From: Eledone cirrhosa
Lineage: Eukaryota
Reading direction: 5' to 3'
DNA: 64,000 nt
Assembly (NCBI GenBank): GCA_964016885.1
Contig: OZ024757.1
Coordinates: forward strand, 1,488,001 to 1,552,000
The notes beneath the pieces were generated by a model. The model worked only from the letters and a program-made list of their open reading frames with translations, did no database searches and was not told the DNA's origin. Shown one piece after another: positions 42,431-52,924 of the stretch. A program made the translations under genes and the position numbers. Position 1 is the stretch's first letter, and every line of letters starts with the position of its first letter.

Positions 42431-42854
42431 AGACAGACAGATAGATAGATAGACAGATAGATAAATCAATACCAATGCCACTAAATCTGTAAATCTGAAG
42501 GAGGTCTAAAGAGACATTTCAAGGGTGATCAAGATATACAGACAGCCCTAGCTGCTCCAACACTAACATGTAATTTATGTGGGACAGCTTTTCAAGTGTG
42601 TCATGTCTATAAAACCACATAAGGTCTCATGCCAGAACTGAGCATCATGTACCCTGGAGGAGTCAAGCGTTGCGTACTCTGGAGGAGTCAAGCTTTGTAT
42701 TGAACAAGCAGCCAGAATATATATAGGCGGGCGAGCAATGTGGCAGCATATTACTACGTCCTTCTCTGGGTCAAAAACATAGCACACGCCTTTTCTTTGC
42801 TTGTTTCCTTAAGGTCTACCATCATTCCGTTGGTATATATCTATTACACAATTT

Positions 42855-42912
42855 ACACCTGATGAGGTCACCGGGTTCTTATGCAACCTGGCCACTGAAA
42901 TGTGTATAGTGT
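42855..42912 (+). ncRNA. Putative minimal type I hammerhead ribozyme (Penelope pLTR type)
   Basis: ACAC-CTGATGA-[stem II including CCGGGTT/AACCTGG]-GAAA-TGTGTA-TA-GTGT; stem I is ACAC/GTGT. Confidence 0.55.
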
Positions 42913-43192
42913 TTACAGTAATAAAAAATTAAGGAAATTCAACATATTTGGCCTCCTGTCATTTCACTTTATAATACATTTACTCTGTTCCCACACCACC
43001 AACATGATTCAACATTGAAGATGGATGAGTTGCATAACGTTGATGCTTTTCTCATATTACACCATGGTTAACATAACAGAATGACCAATTCTACCCAGTG
43101 GTAAACCACCAAATCTAAAAAACAGATAAATATATATATATATATATCAATGATATTAATAAATGGAAACTATATTTATAAAACCATATTTA

Positions 43193-43249
43193 TTCTATTA
43201 TATATATTTCAAGGGTACCAAAACTTTGGTACGCTATCATCAGATAAAA
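43193..43249 (-). ncRNA. Minimal hammerhead ribozyme motif in the inverted pLTR
   Basis: Minus strand: TTTTAT-CTGATGA-[GTACCAAA/TTTGGTAC stem II]-GAAA-TATATA-TA-ATAGAA, with a palindromic stem III. Confidence 0.7.
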
Positions 43250-43250
43250 T

Positions 43251-43765
43251 TTAAACCCTAACCAAACAAACCAAGCTAACAATAATAATATTTCTAATAA
43301 CAATATTCATACTAATAGTACCGTTTCTAATAACAACTCCAGAAAATGTAACTGTAGAATTGAATCAAACTGCCCCTTACAAAACAATTGCTTAAACAAA
43401 AGCTTAATTTATAAATGCACAGTAAAAACTAGAGACACAATATTTAACTATATAGGTGCCACTTCTACAAAATTCAAAGAACGCTGGTACAACCACAAAC
43501 ATACATTTAATAGTTCCGATAAAAAAAATCTTCCACTTCACTTTCACATCTAATTTGGAATTTAAAGGACAACAATATAGACTATTCAATATATTGGGGA
43601 ACGATTTCGAAAGCACCTGCATACCGAAATATGGCTTTCTCAAGAATCTGTCATTTGTGTATCGAGGAAATTTTTTATATAATTAACTGTCAAAATTCTA
43701 TTAATTTAAAAAGCGAAATATTTAGTTCTTGCAGACATTGCCAAAAATCCACTTTCCGAAGTATT
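43251..43765 (+). pseudogene. GIY-YIG endonuclease domain of a Penelope-like retroelement (frameshifted, no start codon)
   Basis: Manual translation from 43347: CNCRIESNCPLQNNCLNKSLIYKCTVKTRDTIFNYIGATSTKFKERWYNHKHTF, then after frameshifts STSLSHLIWNLKDNNIDYSIYW...KAPAY...ICHLCIEEIFYII...INLKSEIFSSCRH. Not present in the ORF track. Confidence 0.88.
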
Positions 43766-45457
43766 TTTAATCTATAATATTCATTACACTTGACTACATC
43801 TTATACACCTTTAAAATGACCCTGTTATTTACTAAGGTTTTTTTTTTTTTAAATTAACATTTTTTAAATGATCTTTCTTCTTAAATTTAGTATTTTTAAC
43901 AATTGATATTCTTTTCCTAATGATACTCTTCTTAATCTATTTTTTAGATGTAGATTGATAATCTTTAATTGATATTCTGAAAGATATCCTCTTTACGATA
44001 GTTCTTCTAAATGCACTCTTGACTTATCTAATAATACAATTTTCCTCTCTTTAATCTTTTCAAACTTTTCACACATCTTTTGACGTAAATAATATCCAAA
44101 TACATATATAATTGAAATGCTCATCCTTGAAAAACCTGTAATATAAAATACCTTATAATCTCACACAAAATAATATATAATTTTCTCTACATACTTTCCA
44201 CATTTTCTAAGAAAATTATTCATCAAATCTATTTTTAATAGTTTAACAAATAATATTGGAGTTATCTTTTCCTTTACAATTGAGCAAACATAGACATAAT
44301 AACTTGTATGATAAATTATGTAATTTCGCTAAATTAATAATGTTTTGAAAACATTTTCAATGTTGGATGAAAATATTTGAATCTACAAATTATTCTTCTC
44401 TTACAACTTGAACTACGTCTTTTCCTTAAATATATATGTAAAATGTAAAATCAACATCCTTTGTAACTCATATTAGAAATATAAACAATTAATACGTGTG
44501 TTTTATATCTATAAAATCACCAATAATACTTATACATGCACAATTATTAATCTATATAGATATTTATACACTTACAACTGGTTGTAATGTAATAAGATAA
44601 AATGTACTAACAACCATAATTCTTCATATAATCTAATTGATTATATATGCAATATTATAACTCATAATATAGCTAAATATTTTTTTATATTCTGGAATCA
44701 TATTCCACCATTCCTACAAACTGTTAAATCTTTTTAAATTTACGTAAATAGAAGCTTTTCTTTCTTTCTCTTTCTTCTTCCTATACATACATACATATAT
44801 CCTAATAATTATTTAAATCTATCTAACGTCTAAAAATAACGTTTTTTCCAGCCCTATTCCTCAACCTAAACTATAATAAAGGAAGGTCTGCACGGTTTTT
44901 TTTTTTTTATCCCGTTTGTAAAATAAGTTGGATTACTTTGAATAAATAATGAATGAATATTACATAATTTTTCTACTAAATTTCGTGGCTGTTCATTAAA
45001 TATATTTTATTATTTATTTAAAGGTTCACTTCTTTAAAATTTTCAAATGTCAACACTTCTGGTAGCGATTGCTTAAATAAACATTAATTTTCTGTCACTA
45101 ATTTTCTCCTAATGCAGTTTATATATAATATCGTCTTTTTTAATGTATCATGGATTACGTTACTGATTACATAAGACAGTGTAACACAGTCTTCTTTCAA
45201 TTTCTGTGTATATTGTCAATTACGATTTTATTTGATGTATATCTACATGTATATATACTTGTGTATAATATCAATATACACACTACACATGCTAGCAGAA
45301 AACCACCCGACGGCTGGTTTTTCTGCTAGTTCATCTTAATAATTTGAAATTTTTGTTTTTTCCTCTCTTCCCCTTTTTCCTTTTACTATCCAGGTAAAAC
45401 TTGAACCGTTAAGATCTCGTTCCTGGATATGTCAATATTTATAAAACAAACTTTGTA

Positions 45458-45515
45458 TTTTATCTGATGAGTGCATACCAACATTTTGGTAGCCTTGAAA
45501 TATTACATAATAGAA
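45458..45515 (+). ncRNA. Minimal hammerhead ribozyme motif in the 3' pLTR
   Basis: TTTTAT-CTGATGA-[TACCAA/TTGGTA]-GAAA-TATTACA-TA-ATAGAA. Confidence 0.65.
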
Positions 45516-45830
45516 TAAATATGGTTTTATAAATATAGTTTCGATTTATTAATATCATTGATATTATACTCCAGAAAAATCTGTTGAGTGCTTCGAATCA
45601 GTTATAAATATGTATATTTGTTGAATTACCAGCAAATTAAATATCCCTTTGATTATATATATATATATAACCAAAGATTAATAAAGTTCGTTGATTACTC
45701 AACAAACACAATTTTACAATAGATTAAAAGCACTCAACGGTGGGTTTTCCTGGAGTTTTTAATATTATTCAAAATATTAACAAATGAAAGATATTCACAT
45801 TATCAAAATATATGCTTTATTATATATATT

Positions 45831-46014
45831 TGTTTCTACGTTTGGCACAAGGCCAGCAATTACCCAGTGCATTACTGGTACTTTATTTTATCGACCCCGT
45901 AAGGATGAAAGGCAAAATTAACCTCGACGGGATTTGAACTCAGATCGTAAAGGGACGTAACTATGCTGGAAAGCATGGCGTCCGGCCTTCTACCGATACT
46001 GCCAAATCACCGCC
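45831..46014 (-). mobile_element. tRNA-derived SINE with Meta-like core and 20-bp target-site duplication
   Basis: Minus strand has A box TGGCAGTATCGG, B box GAGTTCAAATCC and core TTTGCCTTTCATCCTTACGGGGTCGATAAAATAAAGTACCAG. TATGCTTTATTATATATATT occurs at 45811-45830 and 46019-46038. Confidence 0.85.
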
Positions 46015-46539
46015 ATATTATGCTTTATTATATATATTACAAAGGATATAAGTATCATTAGCTAAAGCAAAATCAAATACAAAAGATATTCAATTGACTA
46101 TGTGAATTGATTGGATGTCCTATTTGATCTAGCATTTGAAAACAACGTTTTTTTTCTCTATCCCCCTCTATTTGATATTCCTTTATTTTTCTTTATTTTC
46201 CTTTACCCCACGCCCCACCCCTGTTCCCTTTACTTTCCCCACACCTTCCTTCTTTAGTCGTTATTCCTCTTTTCTTTTTTATATATTTCTTTTACTCATT
46301 CATCCTTTTATTTTTTTATTCATTTATCTATTTATGTATGTATTTTTTTTTTCTCGCCTTTCCTTTTCTTTACACCCTCTCTCATATCTCTAATTTGCTC
46401 TACGTCCTTTTCTTCTTTAAGTTTATCATATTATTTGTGGTATAAAAACATTGAGATTTGATGAAATAAATCACTGCCAATACTGGAATTGTATAATCAA
46501 GACCGTAGCGGTATGTCATATATCAAATCGGATCATATA

Positions 46540-46600
46540 TTTTATCTGATGAGGGCGTACTGAAAAAACAACACAATACCTTTGAAATATATATAATAAA
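46540..46600 (+). ncRNA. Minimal hammerhead ribozyme motif
   Basis: TTTAT-CTGATGA-GGGCGTACTG...CAATACCTTT-GAAA-TATATA-TA-ATAAA. Confidence 0.6.
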
Positions 46601-46646
46601 GCATATATTTTGATTATGTGAATATCTTTCATTTGTTAATATTTTG

Positions 46647-46699
<53 letters not shown>

Positions 46700-46737
46700 A
46701 TTTGAGGGGGATTTGGCTGCTATTTCTACCAGAGAGA

Positions 46738-47174
46738 CCTTTAACTTCCATATTCTTCTTCTCGGGGTAGTCCTCCTCTGTTGAGGTACGTCTCGTCCTG
46801 ACTATGAGGTCACTAACTATGAGGCTATGTTGCGAGGTGCATTCTTCACGGGGGAGGGATTTAGTGTTTACAACAGACACTCTGTCACGTCTTCTGGTAA
46901 GGATATAATATATCTGACTGGCGTGTTCCCCTGATCAATAGGTGATCAAGTGATTGTATCATTTTTTTAAGTTTGTGTTATTAGCGTCACAGAAGTCCAG
47001 GATTCTGAAGTCTTCATCATTTCTGGTACCAAACCCGTAGCCTCCATGGATTCCATCATAGCCGTCACAATGTTGTCCAACATGACCATTTAGGTCGCCA
47101 GCAATAATTATGTAGTCACTGTCGGTTAGTTGGGCGGTAGTGAGCATTAGCGACTCATAGAATCTGTCTTTTAT
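46738..47174 (-). mobile_element. RTE-clade LINE fragment, AP-endonuclease domain (disrupted)
   Basis: KDRFYESL...IIIAGDLNGHVG...GIHGGYGFGTRNDEDFRILDFC...SQIYYILTRR...EECTSQHSLIVSD. Confidence 0.85.
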
Positions 47175-48571
47175 AAGAACTGGGGTGAGGTAACGAACAG
47201 GGTTTGCACTGACCCAGAAGTGGGCCGAGTGCAAACTGTCCCTGAAAGGTCGGGCGGAGGTGGCGAACACTTATATAGCGTCCGTCATCTATTACCGCCT
47301 GACCATCGTGCCTTACCCAAGAGAAACGCTCGCCAAAATGGAGCGCGTACTCTTCCAATTCCTTTGGAAGAAGCGGGCTCCTTTGGTGAGGAAATCCATC
47401 TGCTGTCAACACCCTTCGAAAGGAAGACTGGGGATGCCGTGGCTGATGATGCGTAAACACGCATTAAGGCTACTGTACCTCCAGGTATTCCTCACCGGTC
47501 AACCGGTGTGGGCCCCGTTTGTGAGGCGAGCCTTTCCCAGACTCGTCTCGCTCACCGAGCTGCAATCCTGGGTCAAGCAAAGACCGAGAAAACTGGGCGC
47601 CTGGCATACTGAGTGTGCCCAGGCGCTCACGGCTCTCTGGCAGGCGGACCCGGCTGTCAGTGGAGAATCCACCTCGTCATTCTATAGAGGGCTGGTGGTT
47701 AGCAGGTGCGACGACACCCTCGGAGAAGCCCTAGACATGGAGGAAAACGAACTGGCCAACCTGTTCGGTAGGACATTCAGCCCGGGACCTATGGATAACT
47801 TCCAGAGGTCCCTGGCCTGGCAGTGCTACCGAGGGGCTTTGCCCGTTCGAGAAAGGCTCTACAGACACGGGCGCCCGGGTAGGGACTCCTCAAAAAAGAT
47901 CTGTCCCAGATGTGTGTGCGACGAGGAAACCGTTGCAAACGCATTGGTACACTGCTCGGGCATTGCCGATCTTTGGGGCTATGTCGAACGACTGCTGTCA
48001 AGGGTGGGACCGATCCGGTTGACCACCGAGTCTATTGTAACGATCAAGCGGCCTCCCCTCTTCAAAAACGAAGGAGGGGCGGTGTTTCTGTGCGTAATAG
48101 CCATGGCGAAAGAGGTTGTATGGTGGACGCGTCTAAAAGGACTGAGGTCAGACACCTTTCTCTCTGGCCAACAACTGGTCCGTTTCTTCCGATATCATTT
48201 CGGAAGAAGGATCAGGATGGAGAGAGAGGTGCTGCACCCCAGCCGTTTCTATGAAAGATGGGTGAAAGTGGCGAGAATGGCCTGTGTGAATGGGCCTTCA
48301 CTCGACATCAGACTGTAGGTGAGAAAGATAAAAGATCAAGGGAGCACCCTCACTCTGTGCTCCTGAGGAGAAGGGTTGCACACTTTTTTCGGGGGTGTGT
48401 GCGACCCCCCAAGGCGCCTCCTCCCTATTGAGGATTTTGTTATTCAATTTATTTTTGTTATATTTTATATTTTATATTTTTATATTTTGTTATTGCCTCC
48501 TCCTTAGTGAGGACGCCTTTTTATGTAAACTCCCCCATTGTACTTGTCCCACTCCTTGATGCCCTGGTGGC
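47175..48571 (+). mobile_element. Tx1/L1-clade LINE copy C, 5'-truncated (ORF2 C-terminal region with zf-RVT, plus 3' UTR)
   Basis: LSLKGRAEVANTYIASVIYY...GRLGMP...AWQCYRGALPVRERL...ICPRCVCDEETVANALVHC, stop at 48318. UTR is homologous to copies B and D and is followed by (CT)n/CTAT. Confidence 0.9.
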
Positions 48572-48687
48572 ATGTAAACCCCTCTCTCTCTCTACCCCTC
48601 TATCTATCTCTCCCACCCACTGTCTCTCTAACCCTCTATCTATCTCTCCCACCCCCTCTCTCTCTACCCCTAAAATAAGTCAGTTCC

Positions 48688-49597
48688 CACACCATAGACT
48701 AGTGTCCTGTCTAGGGGAAGTATTGTACTCTCAGTCACACCATAGACTGGTGTCCTGTCTAGGGGGAGTCTTGTACTCTCAGTCACACCATAGACTGGTG
48801 TCCTGTCTAGGGGGAGTCTTGTACTCTCAGTCACACCACAACATAGAGTGGTGTCCTATCTAGGGGGAGTCTTGTACTCTCAGTCACACCATAGACTGGT
48901 GTCCTGTCTAGGGGGAGTCTTGTACTCTCAGTCACACCATAGACTGGTGTCCTGTCTAGGGGGAGTCTTGTACTCTCAGTCACACCATAGACTGGTGTCC
49001 TGTCTAGGGGGAGTCTTGTACTCTCAGTCACACCACAACATAGAGTGGTGTCCTGTCTAGGGGGAGTCTTGTACTCTCAGTCACACCACAACATAGACTG
49101 GTGTCCTGTCCAGAGGGAGTCTTGTACTCTCAGTCACATCATAGACTGGTGTCCTGTCCAGAGGGAGTCTTGTACTCTCAGTCACACCATAGACTGGTGT
49201 CCTGTCCAGAGGGAGTCTTGTACTCTCAGTCACACCATAGACTGGTATCCTGTCTAGGGGGGGTCTTGTACTCTCAGTCACACCACACCATAAATTACTG
49301 TCCTGTCTAGGGGAAGTATTGTACTCTCAGTCACACCATAGACTGGTGTCCTGTCTAGGGGGGAGTCTTGTACTCTCAGTCACACCACACCATAGACTGG
49401 TGTCCTGTCTAGGGGGTGTCTTGTACTCTCAGTCACACCACACTATGGACTAATGTCCTGTCCAGGGGGAGTCTTGTACTCTCAGTCACACCACACTATG
49501 GACTAGTGTCCTGTCCAGGGGGAGTCTTGTACTCTCAGTCACACCACACTACGGACTAGTGTCCTGTCCAGGGGGAGTCATGTACTCTCAGTCACTT
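48688..49597. repeat. 48-bp minisatellite (48-55 bp variants), about 18 units
   Basis: Unit CACACCATAGACTGGTGTCCTGTCTAGGGGGAGTCTTGTACTCTCAGT. Confidence 0.97.
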
Positions 49598-49692
49598 CAC
49601 ACCACAAAACCAGGATAAGTAACATCCAGTAGACCTTCCTGGCTTGAGACAAACTTTAGACTAGTTCTACCAGAGAGGGTCCCTTCATTGAG

Positions 49693-50865
49693 AGATACAG
49701 CTCTCCTAGTGAGGACACTTCAGTTTTGTCATAAATATGACATCTCTAGTGTTGGTGACAGAGGTACAGCTCTCCTGAGGAGGACACTTCAGTTGTGTCA
49801 CAAATATGACATCTGTAGTGTTGGTGACAGAGGTACAGCTCTCCTGGGGAGGACACTTCAGTTGTGTCCCAAATATGACATCTCTAGTGTTGGTGACAGA
49901 GGTACAGTTCTCCTGGGGAGGACACTTCAGTTGTGTCCCAAATATGACATCTGTAGTGTTGGTGACAGAGGTACAGTTCTCCTGAGGAGGACACTTCAGT
50001 TGTGTCACAAATATGACATCTGTAGTGTTGGTGACAGAGGTACAGCTCTCCTGGGGAGGACACTTCAGTTGTGTCACAAATATGACATCTCTAGTGTTGG
50101 TGACAGAGGTACAGTTCTCCTGGGGAGGACACTTCAGTTGTGTCCCAAATATGACATCTGTAGTGTTGGTGACAGAGGTACAGTTCTCCTGGGGAGGACA
50201 CTTCAGTTGTGTCACAAATATGACATCTGTAGTGTTGGTGACAGAGGTACAGCTCTCCTGGGGAGGACACTTCAGTTGTGTCACAAATATGACATCTCTA
50301 GTGTTGGTGACAGAGGTACAGTTCTCCTGAGGAGGACACTTCAGTTGTGTCACAAATATGACATCTGTAGTGTTGGTGACAGAGGTACAGTTCTCCTGGG
50401 GAGGACACTTCAGTTTTGTCATAAATATGACATCTCTAGTGTTGGTGACAAAAGTACAGCTCTCCTGGGGAGGACACTTCAGTTGTGTCACAAATATGAC
50501 ATCTGTAGTGTTGGTGACAGAGGTACAGTTCTCCTGGGGAGGACACTTCAGTTTTGTCATAAATATGACATCTCTAGTGTTGGTGACAAAAGTACAGCTC
50601 TCCTGGGGAGGACACTTCAGTTGTGTCACAAATATGACATCTGTAGTGTTGGTGACAGAGGTACAGTTCTCCTGGGGAGGACACTTCAGTTGTGTCACAA
50701 ATATGACATCTGTAGTGTTGGTGACAGAGGTACAGTTCTCCTGGGGAGGACACTTCAGTTGTGTCACAAATATGACATCTGTAGTGTTGGTGACAGAGGT
50801 ACAGTTCTCCTGGGGAGGACACTTCAGTTGTGTCACAAATATGACATCTGTAGTGTTGGTGACAA
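49693..50865. repeat. 69-bp minisatellite, about 17 units, no indels
   Basis: Unit GACAGAGGTACAGTTCTCCTGGGGAGGACACTTCAGTTGTGTCACAAATATGACATCTGTAGTGTTGGT. Confidence 0.97.
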
Positions 50866-50999
50866 ATGCACAATAGAGGCACCCAGCACACTCTGTAAAG
50901 TTGTGTGCAGCTGTAGAAAATGCGTCAAATAATGGTCTGGAGAGATTCTTGTCTCGTGTCAAAGATGACAACTTCTCTAGTTTGGTGCCATGATGTCCT
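49706..50999 (-). CDS. Candidate terminal coding exon of an unidentified host gene containing the 69-bp VNTR
   Basis: Acceptor-like C13(CA)nCTCTACAG| at 51001-51000. Unique peptide GHHGTKLEKLSSLTRDKNLSRPLFDAFSTAAHNFTECAGCLYCAF runs in frame into (VTNTTDVIFVTQLKCPPQENCTS)n, stop TAG at 49706-49708. No homology recognised. Confidence 0.3.
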
Positions 51000-51049
51000 C
51001 TGTAGAGTGTGTGTGTGTGTGGGGGGGGGGGGGCTTGTATGAGAGGAGA

Positions 51050-52445
51050 ACACCACCACAACACCACAACAACAATACTACTACTACCACCACTACCACA
51101 CCACCACAACAATACTACTACCACCAACACAACAACAGAAACACTACCATGACACTAACAACACTACTACCACTACCACTACTGCTACCGCCACCACCAC
51201 CACAACCATCACTACAACCACCACCACCACCACTACCACCAGCACCACTACAACCACTACCACTACCACCACCGCACCACTACCACCACCACCACCACCA
51301 CTACTACCACTACTACCACCACCACTACCACCACCACTACTACCACCACCATCACTACCACTATCACCACTACCACCACCACCACCATCACCACTACCAC
51401 CACCACCACTACACCACCACCATCACCACTACCACCAGCACCACTACCACCACCACCATCACTACTACCACCATCACCACTACCACCACCACCATCACTA
51501 CTACGACCACCATCACAACTACCACCACCACCACGACCACCACCACCATCACTACCACGACCACCATCACAACTACCACCACCACCACTACCACCACCAC
51601 TACTACCACCACCACCACCACCACTACTACGACCACCATCACAACTACCACCAACACCACGACCACTACTACTACCACAACTACTACCACCACCACCACC
51701 ACCACCACTACCACCACCACCACCACTACGACCACCATCACAACTACCACCACCACCACCACCACCACTACTACGACCACCATCACAACTACCACCACCA
51801 CCACCACCACCACTACTACGACCACCATCACAACTACCACCACCACCACCACCACCACCACTACTACGACCACCATCACAACTACCACCACCACCACGAC
51901 CACTACTACTACCACCACCACCACCACTACCACTACCACCACCACTACTACGACCACCATCACAACTACCACCACCACCACCACTACCACAACTACTACC
52001 ACCACCACCACTACCACCACCACCACCACTACTACGACCACCATCACAACTACCACCACCACCACGACCACTACTACTACCACAACTACTACCACCACCA
52101 CCACCACTACCACTACCACCACCACTACTACGACCACCACCACCACTACCACAACTACTACCACCACCACCACTACCACCACCACCACCACTACTACGAC
52201 CACCACCACCACTACTACGACCACCATCACAACTACCACCACCACCACGACCACTACTACTACCACAACTACTACCACCACCACCACCACCACTACCACC
52301 ACCACCACCACTACTACGACCACCATCACAACTACCACCACCACCACCACCACCACCACCACTACCACCACCACCACCACTACTACGACCACCATCACAA
52401 CTACCACCACCACCACCACCACCACTACTACTACCACAACTACTA
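51050..52445. repeat. About 1.4-kb (ACC/ACT)n low-complexity trinucleotide tract
   Basis: Read directly; source of the poly-T and poly-V ORFs. Confidence 0.97.
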
Positions 52446-52542
52446 ATTTAATAAGAAGATTAATTTTAACATTTATGTCAGGAAGGAAATAGTTGGAATT
52501 ATGAAGAGTTGAAACAGAGATAAAAAACAGGTTAGGTGTTAA

Positions 52543-52700
52543 GTCTGTCTGTCTGTCAGCCGGGCTGTCGGGCTGTCTGTCTGTCAGTCTATCTGTATGT
52601 CAGTCTGCCTGCCTCTCTGTCAGTCTGTCTGTCAGTCTATCTGTGTGTCAGTCTGTCAGCCTGTCAGTCTGTCAGTCTATCTGTCTGTCTGTCTGTCAGC
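52543..52700. repeat. (TCTG)n-like microsatellite
   Basis: Read directly from the sequence. Confidence 0.9.
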
Positions 52701-52924
52701 TGTATAGAAACAATTGTTGAAAAAAGATGGTTTTCATTTAACCCTTTACCATTTAAAACAGCCACATCTGGCCAGAATTCTCTCACCTATTTCGTCTGTT
52801 CAAACCGGCCACTCATACTGACGTTAAGGTATTGTTCTCAAAATAAATGATACCAAAATCTCATAGATTCAATATTATGTGAGGTAAAGCCTTTACTGTG
52901 AAAATACAATAGTATATATAGAGT

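Larger units (their letters stand above)
43141..45650 (+). mobile_element. 5'-truncated Penelope-like element (Naiad-like) with inverted partial pseudo-LTR
   Basis: 43141-43249 is the reverse complement of about 45458-45565, and both carry hammerhead motifs. A GIY-YIG remnant lies between them, followed by an AT-rich 3' region. Confidence 0.8.
45670..46655 (+). mobile_element. Second Penelope-like non-coding remnant with inverted pLTRs, related to the first
   Basis: 45761-45830 is the reverse complement of about 46586-46655. 45670-45760 is a diverged reverse complement of 45565-45650. Hammerhead at 46540-46600 and a degenerate one (CTAATGA...GTAA) on the minus strand at about 46020-46067. 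Confidence 0.65.

Noticed and set aside
42575-42787. 70-aa minus-strand ORF and nearby 15-bp repeat CTGGAGGAGTCAAGC
   Set aside because: No recognisable motif or splice support; probably degraded repeat DNA.
43770-44000. SECIS element downstream of the Naiad-like endonuclease
   Set aside because: ATGA motifs near 43815 and 43868 lack a pairing helix II, and no in-frame UGA replaces a Cys in the visible domain.
50990-52492. Mucin-like poly-Thr/His ORF and antisense poly-Val ORF
   Set aside because: Translation of an (ACC/ACT)n microsatellite with no unique domain.
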